DNA from: Nageia nagi
Taxonomy: Eukaryota > Plantae > Pinophyta
Assembly: GCA_050084985.1 (NCBI GenBank)
Contig: JBITNC010000001.1
Coordinates: forward strand, 201,810,001-201,874,000
Direction: 5' to 3'
Length of the DNA stretch: 64,000 nt
A program made the translations under genes and the position numbers. Below the pieces are notes generated by a model that had not been told where the DNA came from, did no database searches, and worked only from the letters and a program-made list of their open reading frames with translations. This document shows, piece by piece, positions 25,566 through 37,440 of the stretch; position 1 is the stretch's first letter, and every line of letters begins with the position of its first letter.

Positions 25566-26499
25566 AACTATTTGCTAAGGGCATGAAAGCACAAAGCCTC
25601 AAACTTGATGTTTCTCAACTTATTTTGAAATTTTATACTATTGATGGCAAGAGATAACAAGGGCGCAAAGAACAAAGAGAAAATCAACAAAACTATAACC
25701 ATAACACACATCATGTCATGGTGAAATCCAAAACCTTGTTGCCAATAAATAGTACCAAGAAGCAATGCTGCAGTAAAGAAGAATGAAAACTGTTTCCAAA
25801 GGCTAGTTGTAATTACTGAATTTTGTGCATACGAATATAGTTTCTCTCTCACAAAGCTCGTCTAATACCAAGGATTAACAGGAATGCATTCCCCCTTTCT
25901 AGAGGGGTGTTTCGAACATTTCCTGCGTTCCAAAGTGGGGAAGCAGACGTAGGAGCGTCTCCGAGCTATTCCCGATTTGGGGAATGTCTAGGAGATGTTC
26001 CCTGAACGTTTCCTTAAGGATGGGGACATTCCCAATTAGAAAACAACTCGAGGAACGTTTAGGAGGGTCCAAACGCTTCCAAGAACGGCCATGGAGGGCC
26101 CAACTACTCCTCGATCACTCCTAAGAGTGTCTGGGCGCTCCCCACAATTTTGGGCCACCAAACACATCAAACAAAATATTCCAACTTCAACTTTAAAAAA
26201 ATAAGGCATGAGGTGGGTCCCACTCATGTCCCCAACCCCCCTAACCCTAAAACATAAACATAATGCATCCTAATTGCAAAACATATTCATTTTACTTGTG
26301 TGCAACCTTGAGAAGCCAAGAACAGCAATGAGGAAGTAAGAAACACAACAGTAAGGAGAAGAAGACATTAGTGAGGAGCAACCAAGGTACTATTTCTCTC
26401 CATTATTATCTCCTTTGTACTACTAATTCTTATTTAGTTATTTTTTACTAGATAGTAGATTCTAAATAGTAAAAAAAAAATCATTTTCCAGTTGCTAGA

Positions 26500-28640
26500 A
26501 TGAATGAAAGTGAGGGTAATGAATCAGAAAATGAAATAGAACAAAACATGGAACAAGAATAAACATAACCTTCTGGAGAGGGGCAACAATACATCCATTT
26601 ATGAGTGCCCATCTTTGTTGTTAAAACAATATGCCAGAGGACCGTTTGACCCAAAAAAATCTTAACTTCAGTTTGTTACAAACTATGACAAGGGGAAAAA
26701 ACTTCAAGGGGGAGGGAGAAATTGGACTTGCCACTTTTGTTCCACTAATTTTTTTGGAAGTTATACCAAGGTTGTGTCACACCTTACAAATAGACAAGGG
26801 TCAAGGGTGAGAATATGCAAAAGCATAAATAGCTTCCAGTTTGTCGAAGCCTCTAGGCTTGACCAAGGGGAAAACCTTCAAGCACAAGGAAATTTAGTAT
26901 TGAGTCGACCTAGCCGAGCATCTCCTAATCCTCCTACCCATGTATCATCATCTTGCCCACAACCTTGTTCTTCTAGTTTACCGAGTTCTACATTGCCCCC
27001 TTCTAGAAAAAGAGGGAATGTGGTTGATGCATTGAATTTACAAGCAAAAGCAATGGTTGATGACTCTGTATGTAATTCTTTTTTCACATGGGTTGTCCTT
27101 CCATATTGCACACTCATTTTACTACAAGGATGTATTTGAAAAAGTGAGGGAAGCAAGGTTGTCATATGTACTTCCAACAGAGACTAGACTTCATACTACT
27201 CTTTTGGATAGGCAATATGCCAAGTGTACTTTAAGAGATGGAGGGGATGAAAGTAGCATACATGACCAATGGTTATTCTATAATGATGGATGGGTGGAAT
27301 GACATTCATCAACACCCACTCATCAATATCATTGTTACATGTTCAAAGGGTCATTTTTTTCTTCGGGCTATTGATTGCTTAGGGAAAAAGAAGGATGTAG
27401 AGTTCTAGTTTGTTCTTTTGAAGAACGCTATTGAGGAGGTTAGACCCTCCAATGTTGTGCACATAAACACTTTTAAAGTTTTAATTTTTAATTTTTAATT
27501 AAAATTTTATTTGTTTTAAATTTTAGATATTTTAGTTTTTAAAAATTTAACCTCCTATTATTTTGTTGTCTTGTAGGTCATTACAAATGCAGGCCCTATT
27601 TGTCGGCATGCAAGGAAGTTGACAGGGAGTCATTACAAACATATTTATTGGACCCCATGTTGTGTACATGCATTGAATAATGCATTGAAACATATTGGAA
27701 AGATAGCATGGGTGAATAACATGGTTGCAGAGGCTAGAGACTTGCAAATGTTTATTTGCAACCGTCACACTTCATCAGCCCACTTTCGCTGCTTCTCAAA
27801 TAAGGAGTTTATCAAACCTGTTGAGACAAGATATGCCACATATTTCCTCCTATTGAAGAGGATGTTTGAGATGGAGCGTGCATTATAAAGTATGGGAGTG
27901 ACACAAGAATGGAGGAGGTGGCCAAAATCTCAAACAAATGAAGGAAAATGACTTAGAGACAAAGTGTTAGATAATCATTGTTGGGATGACGTTAGGTAAA
28001 TGAAGTTTCGCTTTGTAGTTTTAATTTTTTATTATTGATTGTTTCAATGTTTATGTAGTATGTAGTTTTTTAACTTGCTTTCTTCAATCTTTGCAATTAC
28101 CTCGTATCTTTCATTAATCCAATCCATGTTGTCATAAAGTATGTTGATACATAATCTCCCAACTTAGAAGACATATGTGAAACTTTTGATAGCATGCTTG
28201 AGGAAATGAAAAAGATTATTTGTGCTAAAAATCTTTCATTTTATGAAGAGCACATCACACCCATTATAGTGAAGAGGTAATCATACCTATGTAACAAATG
28301 TTGATTGTTGATTGGAATTTTAATTTGGATTGTTTATTGTTCAATGCTTCACATAGTTTATGTTTTTAACTTTTTTTAATTAACTTTTTTATTTCTTGTA
28401 GGTAGGATAAGATGAACACCCCTGTTCATATGGCTTCCCATGCATTGAATCTGAAATGGTATGTACCCAGGGATGGAAAAAAGACACAATAATGATCAAG
28501 AAGTGAAAAATGGGTTCAAGAAGTTTATTAATAAGGTGTATACATCGGAAAAAAGTGTAATCATTAGATCAGAATTCATGCAATTTGTGAAACTCAAAGG
28601 GTCCTCAATTTAGCACACCAGAGTCTAGAGAGAATAGGAC
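26500..28640 (+). pseudogene. hAT transposase (BED finger, DUF659, RNase H-like core) with introns; the dimerisation tail resumes at 33446-33690
   Basis: WTCHFC...SHL, GCSIMMDGW, HIYWTPCCVHALN, ETRYAT; LVAVHSYLHL after 33446. Confidence 0.88.
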
Positions 28641-28659
28641 TTCATGCAATTTGTGAAAC

Positions 28660-30110
28660 CTCTCTTCTTTTTCTTCTTGGTCATGGTCTGCTTGAGCTTC
28701 TCTTTTGCTGCCAAGTCCCTGTTTATCTTGTTGATTTGCTTGATATCATCTATATTTCTGTATCTTTTGAACTTTCCTAGGGACTTGTGAGGGTAATCAG
28801 TTTGCCAGGTTTTCTTGTAAAATGCACCGATTACACCTTTAGGATCATAGTACTCTACCGCATATTCTATTGTGATGTCGTAATATGCCAACTCCATCTT
28901 CATCGTTTTGACTTGATGCCATGATGTGCATTCATACTCTCATATGCGGATAGGTAATTTGCATGTGGTGGCACCTTTCTTACACCAAACTTTCTCGTGT
29001 AGGTACAACAAGTGTCTACAAAGTTCCATCAAGATGAACTAATCACTTGCGTAACAAGGAAGTCTGTAAGGTAGCTCATTTGACCCGTAAACCCTGATAT
29101 ATGTGGCATCTGTTTCTTCAAGATAAAAATTTGCATGTCCTCGAAGAACTTGGATTGCCACTTGGGATATCCTGGTCATATTGACGGTCCCCTTTATCTC
29201 TACATATATACAACACTTGAATCCTTCATTCATCATTTTGAATTCATCCCACCAGTTTTCCAACATGAATCTAGGGTAACTCCGCCATACTAGTATTTAT
29301 GGGTCAAACAGGTACTTGGTATCTACTATGGCGGATCTTCTATTCTTGCCATGTAGAAGCAAGAATACCAAGTTAGAGCTCATGTAGAATCTCTTTGTTT
29401 CTACGAGTCTGGACAACTGTTGGGCTATGCAGTCACTGATCACCTTACTCCATCTGATCCCTTTGCCTCTACTAATATGATGTATAAAACCCACGAATTC
29501 CTTTCTAAATCTTTGATCATTCTCTTATCCCGTGATTCTGCACAGCATACTGATGATGGTCGAGATTGTAGGATAGATGTCTATCCTTCTTGATTGACTT
29601 AAGGCCTTTGCCTTGTAATCTTTGCACTCGTCAGCTAACCAATCTCCTATCAAGTTCCTCGGCTTGGTCAGGCTATTATAAAATCTAACAGACTCTTTCA
29701 TGGAGAATATGATGCCTTCGTTACTCCATGCAAATGCGCTCTCTATTCTGTCCATAGTGAAATCTAGTATTTTTGTGCCTTCATTGTCGAGGACTCTCTC
29801 CTTTGTGTCGCAATATCTTGCTACCTCGAGGCATAGTTCTGGGAATGGAGCGGTGAAAGGGATCAAAGAAGCTTCAATGATCCTGGATTGAGCAAGTGTA
29901 TCATTGAGCAGTTGTTCGTGTGGGATCTTGGCCATCTTCTCTAATGACTTGACGAGGTCAGTGTTTGCCCAATTTATGTCCTTGATTTGTCCAAGGCCAT
30001 CTACTAGCACAGCTATAGGGAAGAGAGCCTTCCCTCTTTTTTCCAAGGTGATCAGGCTAATCTTCATGAGCTTCTCCATCTGGAGCTCTGTTTTTCTTAT
30101 CAATGCTCAT
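28660..30110 (-). pseudogene. Decayed accessory ORF of unknown function (homologue of 50029-53490)
   Basis: IRWSKVISD, FYMSS.LV, TYIRVYGS.E.P..LP.YASD and YDPKGVIGAFY are shared with the plus-strand copy. Several stops. Confidence 0.85.
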
Positions 30111-30899
30111 GATCCAAACCTATGGAGTAAGACAAGGTGTTAGGAGTGATAATGGGTATCTCTTGGGTGATTTTGGAGCAAAAAAAGGGAGTCAAATTTT
30201 GGCCTTTTTAGAAGCTAAGTGTGGATTTTTGAGAATTCTGAAGTTCATCAAAAGTGGGAAACAAGTACATGGGATGTTGGCAAATAAATCTAGGTGGCTT
30301 GTGGCCAAGTCTCGGAGAAAATTTTCTAGTTTTTGGGGTCCAAATTAACTCGCTGTTTTTATAGCCCATGTATTCATTTTTTTGACAGGTTTTTGCTGCT
30401 TCGAAGCTTGGAAAGATAGGGATGTAAAATGGCTTTTCAAGTTTCATTCAGGGGAAGTGAATGATGAAGGCTACTCTCCTATGTGGGATCTATCACTTTG
30501 GTATTCACTTCGAAGTTTGGATCACTCGAAATTTTGGAGTTTTTTAGCCTTGAAAAAGTGTATTTTTGTGTTTTTTCACTTTTTTTCCAAAAAGCTTGAA
30601 AATGGTGAAAATGGCCAAAAGATAGGGGGGTCCGAAATTTTGAAATTTTTTAAAAAGTGGATTTGACCTAATGGGTGGATAGAGGATGGAATTTTAAGAT
30701 CCTTGAAAAATTTTAACAAGGTTTTGCCTTATTTTGGACCTTGTGAGCAAATTTGAAGTTTTTGAGCAACATTGTGAGGTTTTGTGAGGATTTTGCTCAA
30801 AATGGGTGCATGGAGACTCAAGGAGAGTGTTTGTGGAGCAAATGAGAGGCTTAGGAGGGTATTTATAGGTTTTTTTGTGCCTTTTGCATGCTCCTTAGT

Positions 30900-32560
30900 G
30901 GGTTTTTGACCTAAAAAGTGCTCTAGGGGTGCATTTTGCATAGTTTACAAGTTTTTGGAGCCTTTAAACACTCCATAGGATTGCAAACCTGCGCCTGATT
31001 TTTTGAGGCACTTCTTTGGGTCAAAATGGAAAGTTTTAAAGTTTAAATGTGATTCAAATCACTTCCTTCACCCATTTATGTGCCTAAAATCGAATTTTGA
31101 TGACTTTTGGGGCTTTCTCCTTGCATCCAGGAGCCATTTTTCACTTTTTTGGGTTCTCCAATGGTTTGCAAACCTACACCAGACTTTTTGGGGCATTTCT
31201 ACTGCTCAAAATCGAAAATTTGCTGACCTAAACATGCTTAGAATGCCCTTTTCTATGCAACCATGTGAAGAATTTTGATTTTTTTGCAAAATTTTCACTC
31301 CTCTTCATGCGAGGTGCTGATTTTCACTTCATTGGTTTTAGAAAATTTGGCAAACCTGCACCTAGCATATTGGGCCTCTTCTCTTGCTCAAATTTGAAAA
31401 TTTGCAAGTTTAAATGTGTTTATTTTCATGTTTTCCATGCATTTGACACCTTAGGTTCGAATTTCGAGATAAAAATTTGAACTTTCTTCACCTTAGACAC
31501 TAGATTTCATCTCATCGGAATTCCAATGGCATGAAAACCAGCGCCTGCCTTTTAGGAGCCTTTTCATCGCATGAAAACCAGCGCCTTCCTTTTAGGAGCC
31601 TTTTCATCACCCAAAATCAAAATTTTGCAAGTTTAAATGTGCTAGAAATGGGGTTTTCCATGCAATTGACACCTTGGGATCAAATTTTGATGCATTTTTC
31701 ACTTATCCCTCCTATTTAGGTGCCATTTTTCATCCCTATGGAATTAGAAACATTTGCAAACCTGCATCTAGGCTTTGGAGGGTCAACACTTGCTCAAAAT
31801 CAAATTTTTCATGACCTAAATGTGCTAGAAATCACATTTCATATCCAATGAGCCCTTCAAACTTGAGTTTTGACCAACTTTTATCAACTTTTTTTTATTT
31901 TAGGTGCCATTTTTAATCCCATTGGATTTCCATACCTCTCAAAAATTGTGCCTGGCCTCTAGGGTGTCCCAATGTGTTCAAAATTGAAAAATTAGAGACC
32001 TAAATGTGCTTACCATCATGTTTTTTTGTGGTCCCAAGCACTTAAAACTTGATTTTTGGTCAAAAAACATTCTATCTTGTCAATCTAGGTGCCATTTTTC
32101 ACTCCAAAGGATTTGGAAACATCTATAAACTTGCGCCAAGCATTCTGGGGGTCTTTACTTGCTCAAAATCAAAAATTTCGAGACCTAATGTGGCTTAGAA
32201 CCATTTTTTCCACTCATTCATGCATTTGGATTTCATTTTTGATGCATTTTCACTTTTTCTTTACTATCTAGGCACCAAAATGCATCTCTATGGATTTCCC
32301 ATAGGCTTGAAAAATTGCTCCTAGCCTTATAGTGCCTCAAACTTGGTCAAAATCGAAAATTTCGAGTCTTAACTGTGATAGAATTCACCTTATCTCTTTG
32401 AATACACTCTTAGACTCGAATTCCAATACCATTTGCATTTATCTATAAGAAACTTGCACCATTTTTCACTCCAATGGATTTTCAATACCTTGGGAAAACG
32501 TGCCTGGGGCTAAGGCTACTCAAACTTGCATTTTCAAACCATTCCGAAATCAATATGTAC
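30900..32560. repeat. About 9 degenerate tandem units of ~185 bp inside the giant LTR
   Basis: GCAAACCTGCGCC / TGCTCAAAATCGAAAATTT / GACCTAAATGTGCT / TAGGTGCCATTTT recur at ~30981, 31166, 31349, 31533, 31754, 31940, 32124, 32308 and 32493. There is an extra 40-bp duplication at 31529-31608. Confidence 0.85.
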
Positions 32561-34159
32561 ATTTCCAACCACTCCCGGCATTTTCGAGTTCAAACTCGAT
32601 CAAAACACCCTTTTTGACATCTTCGAACTCAAACTCTGCATTTTCGATGATTTTCGAGCTCAAACGGTGCAAAAATGACCATTTTCGCATTTCTGGGCTC
32701 AAAGCATTCAATTCCACCCATTTCTAGCATTTCCAGTCCCTTAGTGTAAAAAATGACCTTTTCCGACATTTTTGAGCATTTCTAACCATTTTGGGCTCAA
32801 CTAACCACCTTCGGTCAGTTCCAAGCTTTCCGGACTCAAATCGTGCAAAATGCACCTTTTTTACCATACTAACCATTTTTGGGCCCAAAAGTGACCAAAA
32901 TGCGCTTCTACCTTACTTGCCCTTTTCCAACTTTTCGAGTTCAACTATGACAAAAACGTCCATTTTTGTCATCCTTGTCATTTTCAAGGCACCTGGACTC
33001 TAAGTTGACAAAAAATGCTAATTTCTATCATCCCGATACCTTAGCACCTAAATTCTACAAAACACGCCTTTTTTGTTGCGCTAGGCACCTGTGAGCTCAA
33101 TCTCTGCAAAAACGCGTCCTTCTATCAAATCTGCCAATCTTACACTTATATGCTAAGAAAACGCGTCTTTTTCCCGCTCTGTTGGCTACTTGGTGAAAAA
33201 CTCCTTTCCTGGATGCTATCGTGATCCAAAACTACGTCTTGCTTGATGTTGCTTGAAACCGAACCGTGCACTAAACTGATTTGGTGCCTCTGTGGCTACC
33301 TGTGTGCACTGCTTCGCCACCCAACCACTCTGATTCTTGTCTCTGGCAGTTGTCTAGTCATCTCAAGGCAATGTTGTCCATTGCCTTCAAAAAACGTAGG
33401 GTCCCCAAAATGCTGCATCTTGGGGTGTGTTGTGCAGGCACAATAGCTTATCCCTAAGAGAATAGAGAGCTAGTAGCAGTGCATAGCTATCTTCACCTTA
33501 GAGAGAGTTAAGCTTGACTACAAGGCTAGTCCAATTGCATGATGGGATATTGATCCTATGGAGGCAACTAATCTTGAGGTTGATGATGATGTGCAAGGGT
33601 TGGTAGGATTGTCGTTGGAAGGTGTCCACTTGGATGATGAGGGCAGCTCATCAGATAGTCTTCCTGATGAAGAGGATGACATTGATTACAACCAGGATAT
33701 ATTAGGAGTAAATGAGCCCTTATAGCCATAGTTTGATATTTGTGATTTTGGCATTTTGCAACCTATTACTATGATTTCAATACTACTATATTTATCATTT
33801 AACTTTTGAGTATTTTTTATTTGAGATTTCAGATCTATCCTAATGGACAAGACTGATTCAGATTTAATAATATTATGGTGTTATGATCATTAATTATGGG
33901 TCATTTTGATACTATGTTTCATACTTGATTTCTAATTTAGGTTCCAAGTGTTTTATATATGATTGAATTGATAATAATAATGAATTAGATATAATAATAT
34001 TTAAAAAATCTGAAAATTCCGATATTTTTTACTAGTATTATACTAGCCGCTCCCCCTATCATTTTCGAGGCGCTCCCTAAAAACGACCTCAGCCATTCCC
34101 TTTCATGGGAACGTGCTCCCACCTCTCCCGACACACAATGGAACCTTGCCTAATACTAA

Positions 34160-35658
34160 TGTTGATAAAACTTAATTGATGTTCAACCAAAAATTATCAT
34201 GTGAAGGATCAGATTGCTTGACAATTTCATCCAAAACACTTCAATCAATATTTTGGCCAATTAGAAGAAATTCTTCTAACTCTTCACATTTTTGTAAAAT
34301 CCTAAATAATTCTCCACTCAAATTGATGAGTCTCAGAAATCACCTGTTTTTGGCACAGTTCTATAGTTCATTTTGTATATTTGGACACTATGGACTGACT
34401 AATTATAACTGCTAAACTACGTATTTGTGCATACTTTTCTTATGTTGGTACTTTGTGCATATTGATGATGTTTGTGTGTTTATTTTGAGTTAAAATGCTT
34501 CATTTTGCTCCTTGAAACGATGGTTGATAACGTGGATGGTTCACAAGCATTGTCAGAAAGACTTCCAAATGAATTCTGCATTGACTGGAGCTTCGCTCCA
34601 GACACATTTGGCACTCCGCTTGGTGTCTTTGTACTCATTTGGAGCTTCGCACTAGACACGTTCGAAGCTTTTGTTCCAAACTCATCTGGAGCTTCCGCTC
34701 CAAACTCAAGTTTGGAAAGTTGACCATCACAATTGACTTTATTGACAGCTCTACTCCAGCTTTGTATAATTCTAGCATTTGTGTAATTAGAGGTGCTCCA
34801 AATTTAGTCTGTAGAAGCATAGCTCCAAACATACTAATATTATCAGAGTCAATTCTTAATTTGTGGAGTATGTTTGACTCCAAATCAGATACATTGAACC
34901 ATTTATGTCTTAGTTAGTGTAGTGCCAGCTCATTAGGATGAGCCACCCTTTTCTTAAGGGATTGTAGCTCTCCTTAAATAAGAGTGTGCACGATTTAGTA
35001 TGTTGATTTGAGTATTAGTTAGCTTTGATGATAGGAATAAGGAATTCTGTTTCTATAATAGAAGGTAGTTCAGAAAACTATTATTTTTAGCCGACCTGTT
35101 GTTAAACAATGAAGGATATCTATACCTCAATTGTTGATGGTAGAGGGGGTTAGGAAACTATTGTGTGAATAGACTGTTATTCTATGAGAATAAGCTTTGT
35201 ATTGGATCCAACAAGCACTTCCTGTGTCAGATGATTTGCATGAAGTAATAAAGTAATCTTTTGAAGAGTTTCAAGTACTGAGTTCTTTCAGTCTTCCACC
35301 AAGAGGCGCAAGGGCCCACTCCAAATGGTAGAAGACTCGCTTATTTTACTGTACTTTTCAATTCAAGTGTGAGTTTACTTTCAGTGTGGTGATTTCAAGT
35401 TTCTGTCTCTTCAGCATTTAAGATTCCTGCAATTTCAATTCTGCAACTTTCAATTCTATTTGTTTGCTTTTTGCAATTTTGCTTGAAGTATATACAACTG
35501 AGAGAATAGACTTCAATAGCATACAGCCTTAGAACACCGCCCGGATTTGATTAATTAAATGAAGGAGTCAGATATTGTCTTTCAAAACTAGTGAAGGGAA
35601 ACTAAATCTGTCCTGGAGTACAAGCTCTTCGAGCTAACTGGTCCCTTTCACAATAACA
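34160..35658 (+). mobile_element. LTR-like sequence with TTGGAGCTTCGCTCCA sub-repeats, ending ...AATAACA
   Basis: TG/CA ends are plausible but no matching TSD was found. Confidence 0.4.
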
Positions 35659-35699
35659 GGTGAGAGGTTCACTAGGAGGAAGGCTAGTGACAACCCTGG

Positions 35700-36946
35700 G
35701 GGAATTTGGAATACAATAAATTACTCATCACAAATATCAGCCAATTAATGAGCAATAAGCATCAAATTATGCTTCTAGGCATGCCATGAACTGATCTAGG
35801 ACATCAAACATGTAATAAAATATGGCAAAATTCCCAACATTGCACCTAGAGCCAGAAAACACCTCAAAAGCTCAACATGGCACGAGGGCATCCACAAATC
35901 GTGCAAAATACATCACACCAAGAGATGCAAGATATCATCAAACGCACATCACAATGAGACAAGAAATGGAGATCAAGTGCGCCACGGCTCAATTAATGAA
36001 GAAATGATGGGAACAATACAATATCAAGCCCTCAAGGGCTCAACGTTGGCCTCCAAGGAGCCAACTAGGGCACATCAATGTGCAAATATGATCAACGATG
36101 CATATATGTTGTAGAACAACCACACTATAGCAGATTTGTGGATGTCTTTCCTCACAGGCTAACTCCCAGCGAAAAGAACAAGTGTGATTCTAGAATGCCA
36201 CCAGATGGGTTCAAAGGTGAAGAATGCTATGGACACCTCAAGGTAAGGCAACCTCACAGCACAAGCATTCACCTCAAGCGCTAGTCAAAAGGTGTTCCAA
36301 GCCTCCTGGACTCTCCCTAGTCTACAGGCCCAAGGGTGCTTAACGCCGCCAAGTTTTTGATAACTCCAAAGAGAAGAAAGGGTTTCAATATAATAATCAA
36401 CCTATCTTTGCAATGATGTTCCAACGTCTTTTATAACATTCCCTGGATCTAGATCTCACCTAGAAATCATCACCCAGTCTCTCCAATCCAACGTTAGCCT
36501 CCTAGAGGCTCCAAAATGCCCAACGTGGGTGTCTAGGAGTCATGTATGCCAACGTGGGGCCTTGGTGTCATGCATGAGTGTCTTGGTGTCATCATGGGTG
36601 AACATGGGGGTCTAGGAGTCTCCCCAAGGCTAGCCCAAGTGTATAATTTCTCCCAAGTCCAACATTGGGGCTATAAGTGATTATCCATGCTTATGTGCTA
36701 TCCTAGGTGCTATACAAGACTTGGGATTCGACAATAAATATTTAGGATCTCCAAGTGTACAAACAACAATAAAATAACTCATCCTAAGCTTGGAAGGAAA
36801 ATATCCCTCTTTAGGGCTCACAATAAGGGTCCAATGAATTGTTATTTTTCTATCCCAAGTAACTAATAATGCAAAAACAAAATATTTACAAAGAGAACAC
36901 CTAGGATCCCAAATTTACTTAATTTTGTTCAAAAGGGGATGTTACA
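35700..36946 (-). mobile_element. LTR of the ~1.2-kb chromovirus-like family
   Basis: Colinear with 14916-15850 and 17656-17807. Ends GGGGATGTTACA; left boundary uncertain. Confidence 0.78.
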
Positions 36947-37194
36947 TTTGTTTATAGGTTCCAATGACCACTTCTTAATTTGAATGATGTAAGGCTTTCA
37001 AAAACTACCACCGGTAAATGGAAAACAAAGCCTATGACTATTTTCTCTTACTTGTTTTGTAAGACTATCCGGAAACATGCAACTATTAGGAAGATTGGAC
37101 TGCATTAGGTCTGATTTTTTATCAACTACTGCATTTTGAGTGTTTACATGAATATTATGAGCATATATCTTCCTAAATTGGGTCAGGAGCAACT

Positions 37195-37440
37195 TGTAAT
37201 ATTCCCAAATATTCTCAATGTACAAATTAGCCAAGCAAATGCCATATCAATATTATATAATGCTCCTAGGCATGCCACGAACTACACTAGGGCATCAAAC
37301 ATGCAAAATAACAAGCCACAAAGCCAAACGATGCACCTCTCTAGCTAGATTCAACCCTTATACCCAAACATCACACTTGGAGGCTCATACACCATGCAAA
37401 ACAAATCCAACAATGCCAACGATCCACCATACAAGCATAT
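37195..37440 (-). mobile_element. LTR 3'-end fragment
   Basis: TGTAATATTCCCAAATATTC matches the terminus at 14916. Confidence 0.7.

Larger units (their letters stand above)
28660..33445 (-). mobile_element. 3'-truncated copy of the giant-LTR family, with internal ORF
   Basis: Starts TATTGTGCCTGCACAACACACCCC...GGGGACCCT on minus (TG mutated). Contains repeat arrays, a TATA box and an ORF homologous to 50029-53490. Confidence 0.85.
25869..34148 (+). mobile_element. hAT transposon, decayed autonomous type, interrupted by a giant-LTR copy
   Basis: CAAGG...CCTTG termini, 8-bp TSD tctaatac/cctaatac, and CGTTCC/GGAACG-type subterminal repeats. Confidence 0.88.
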
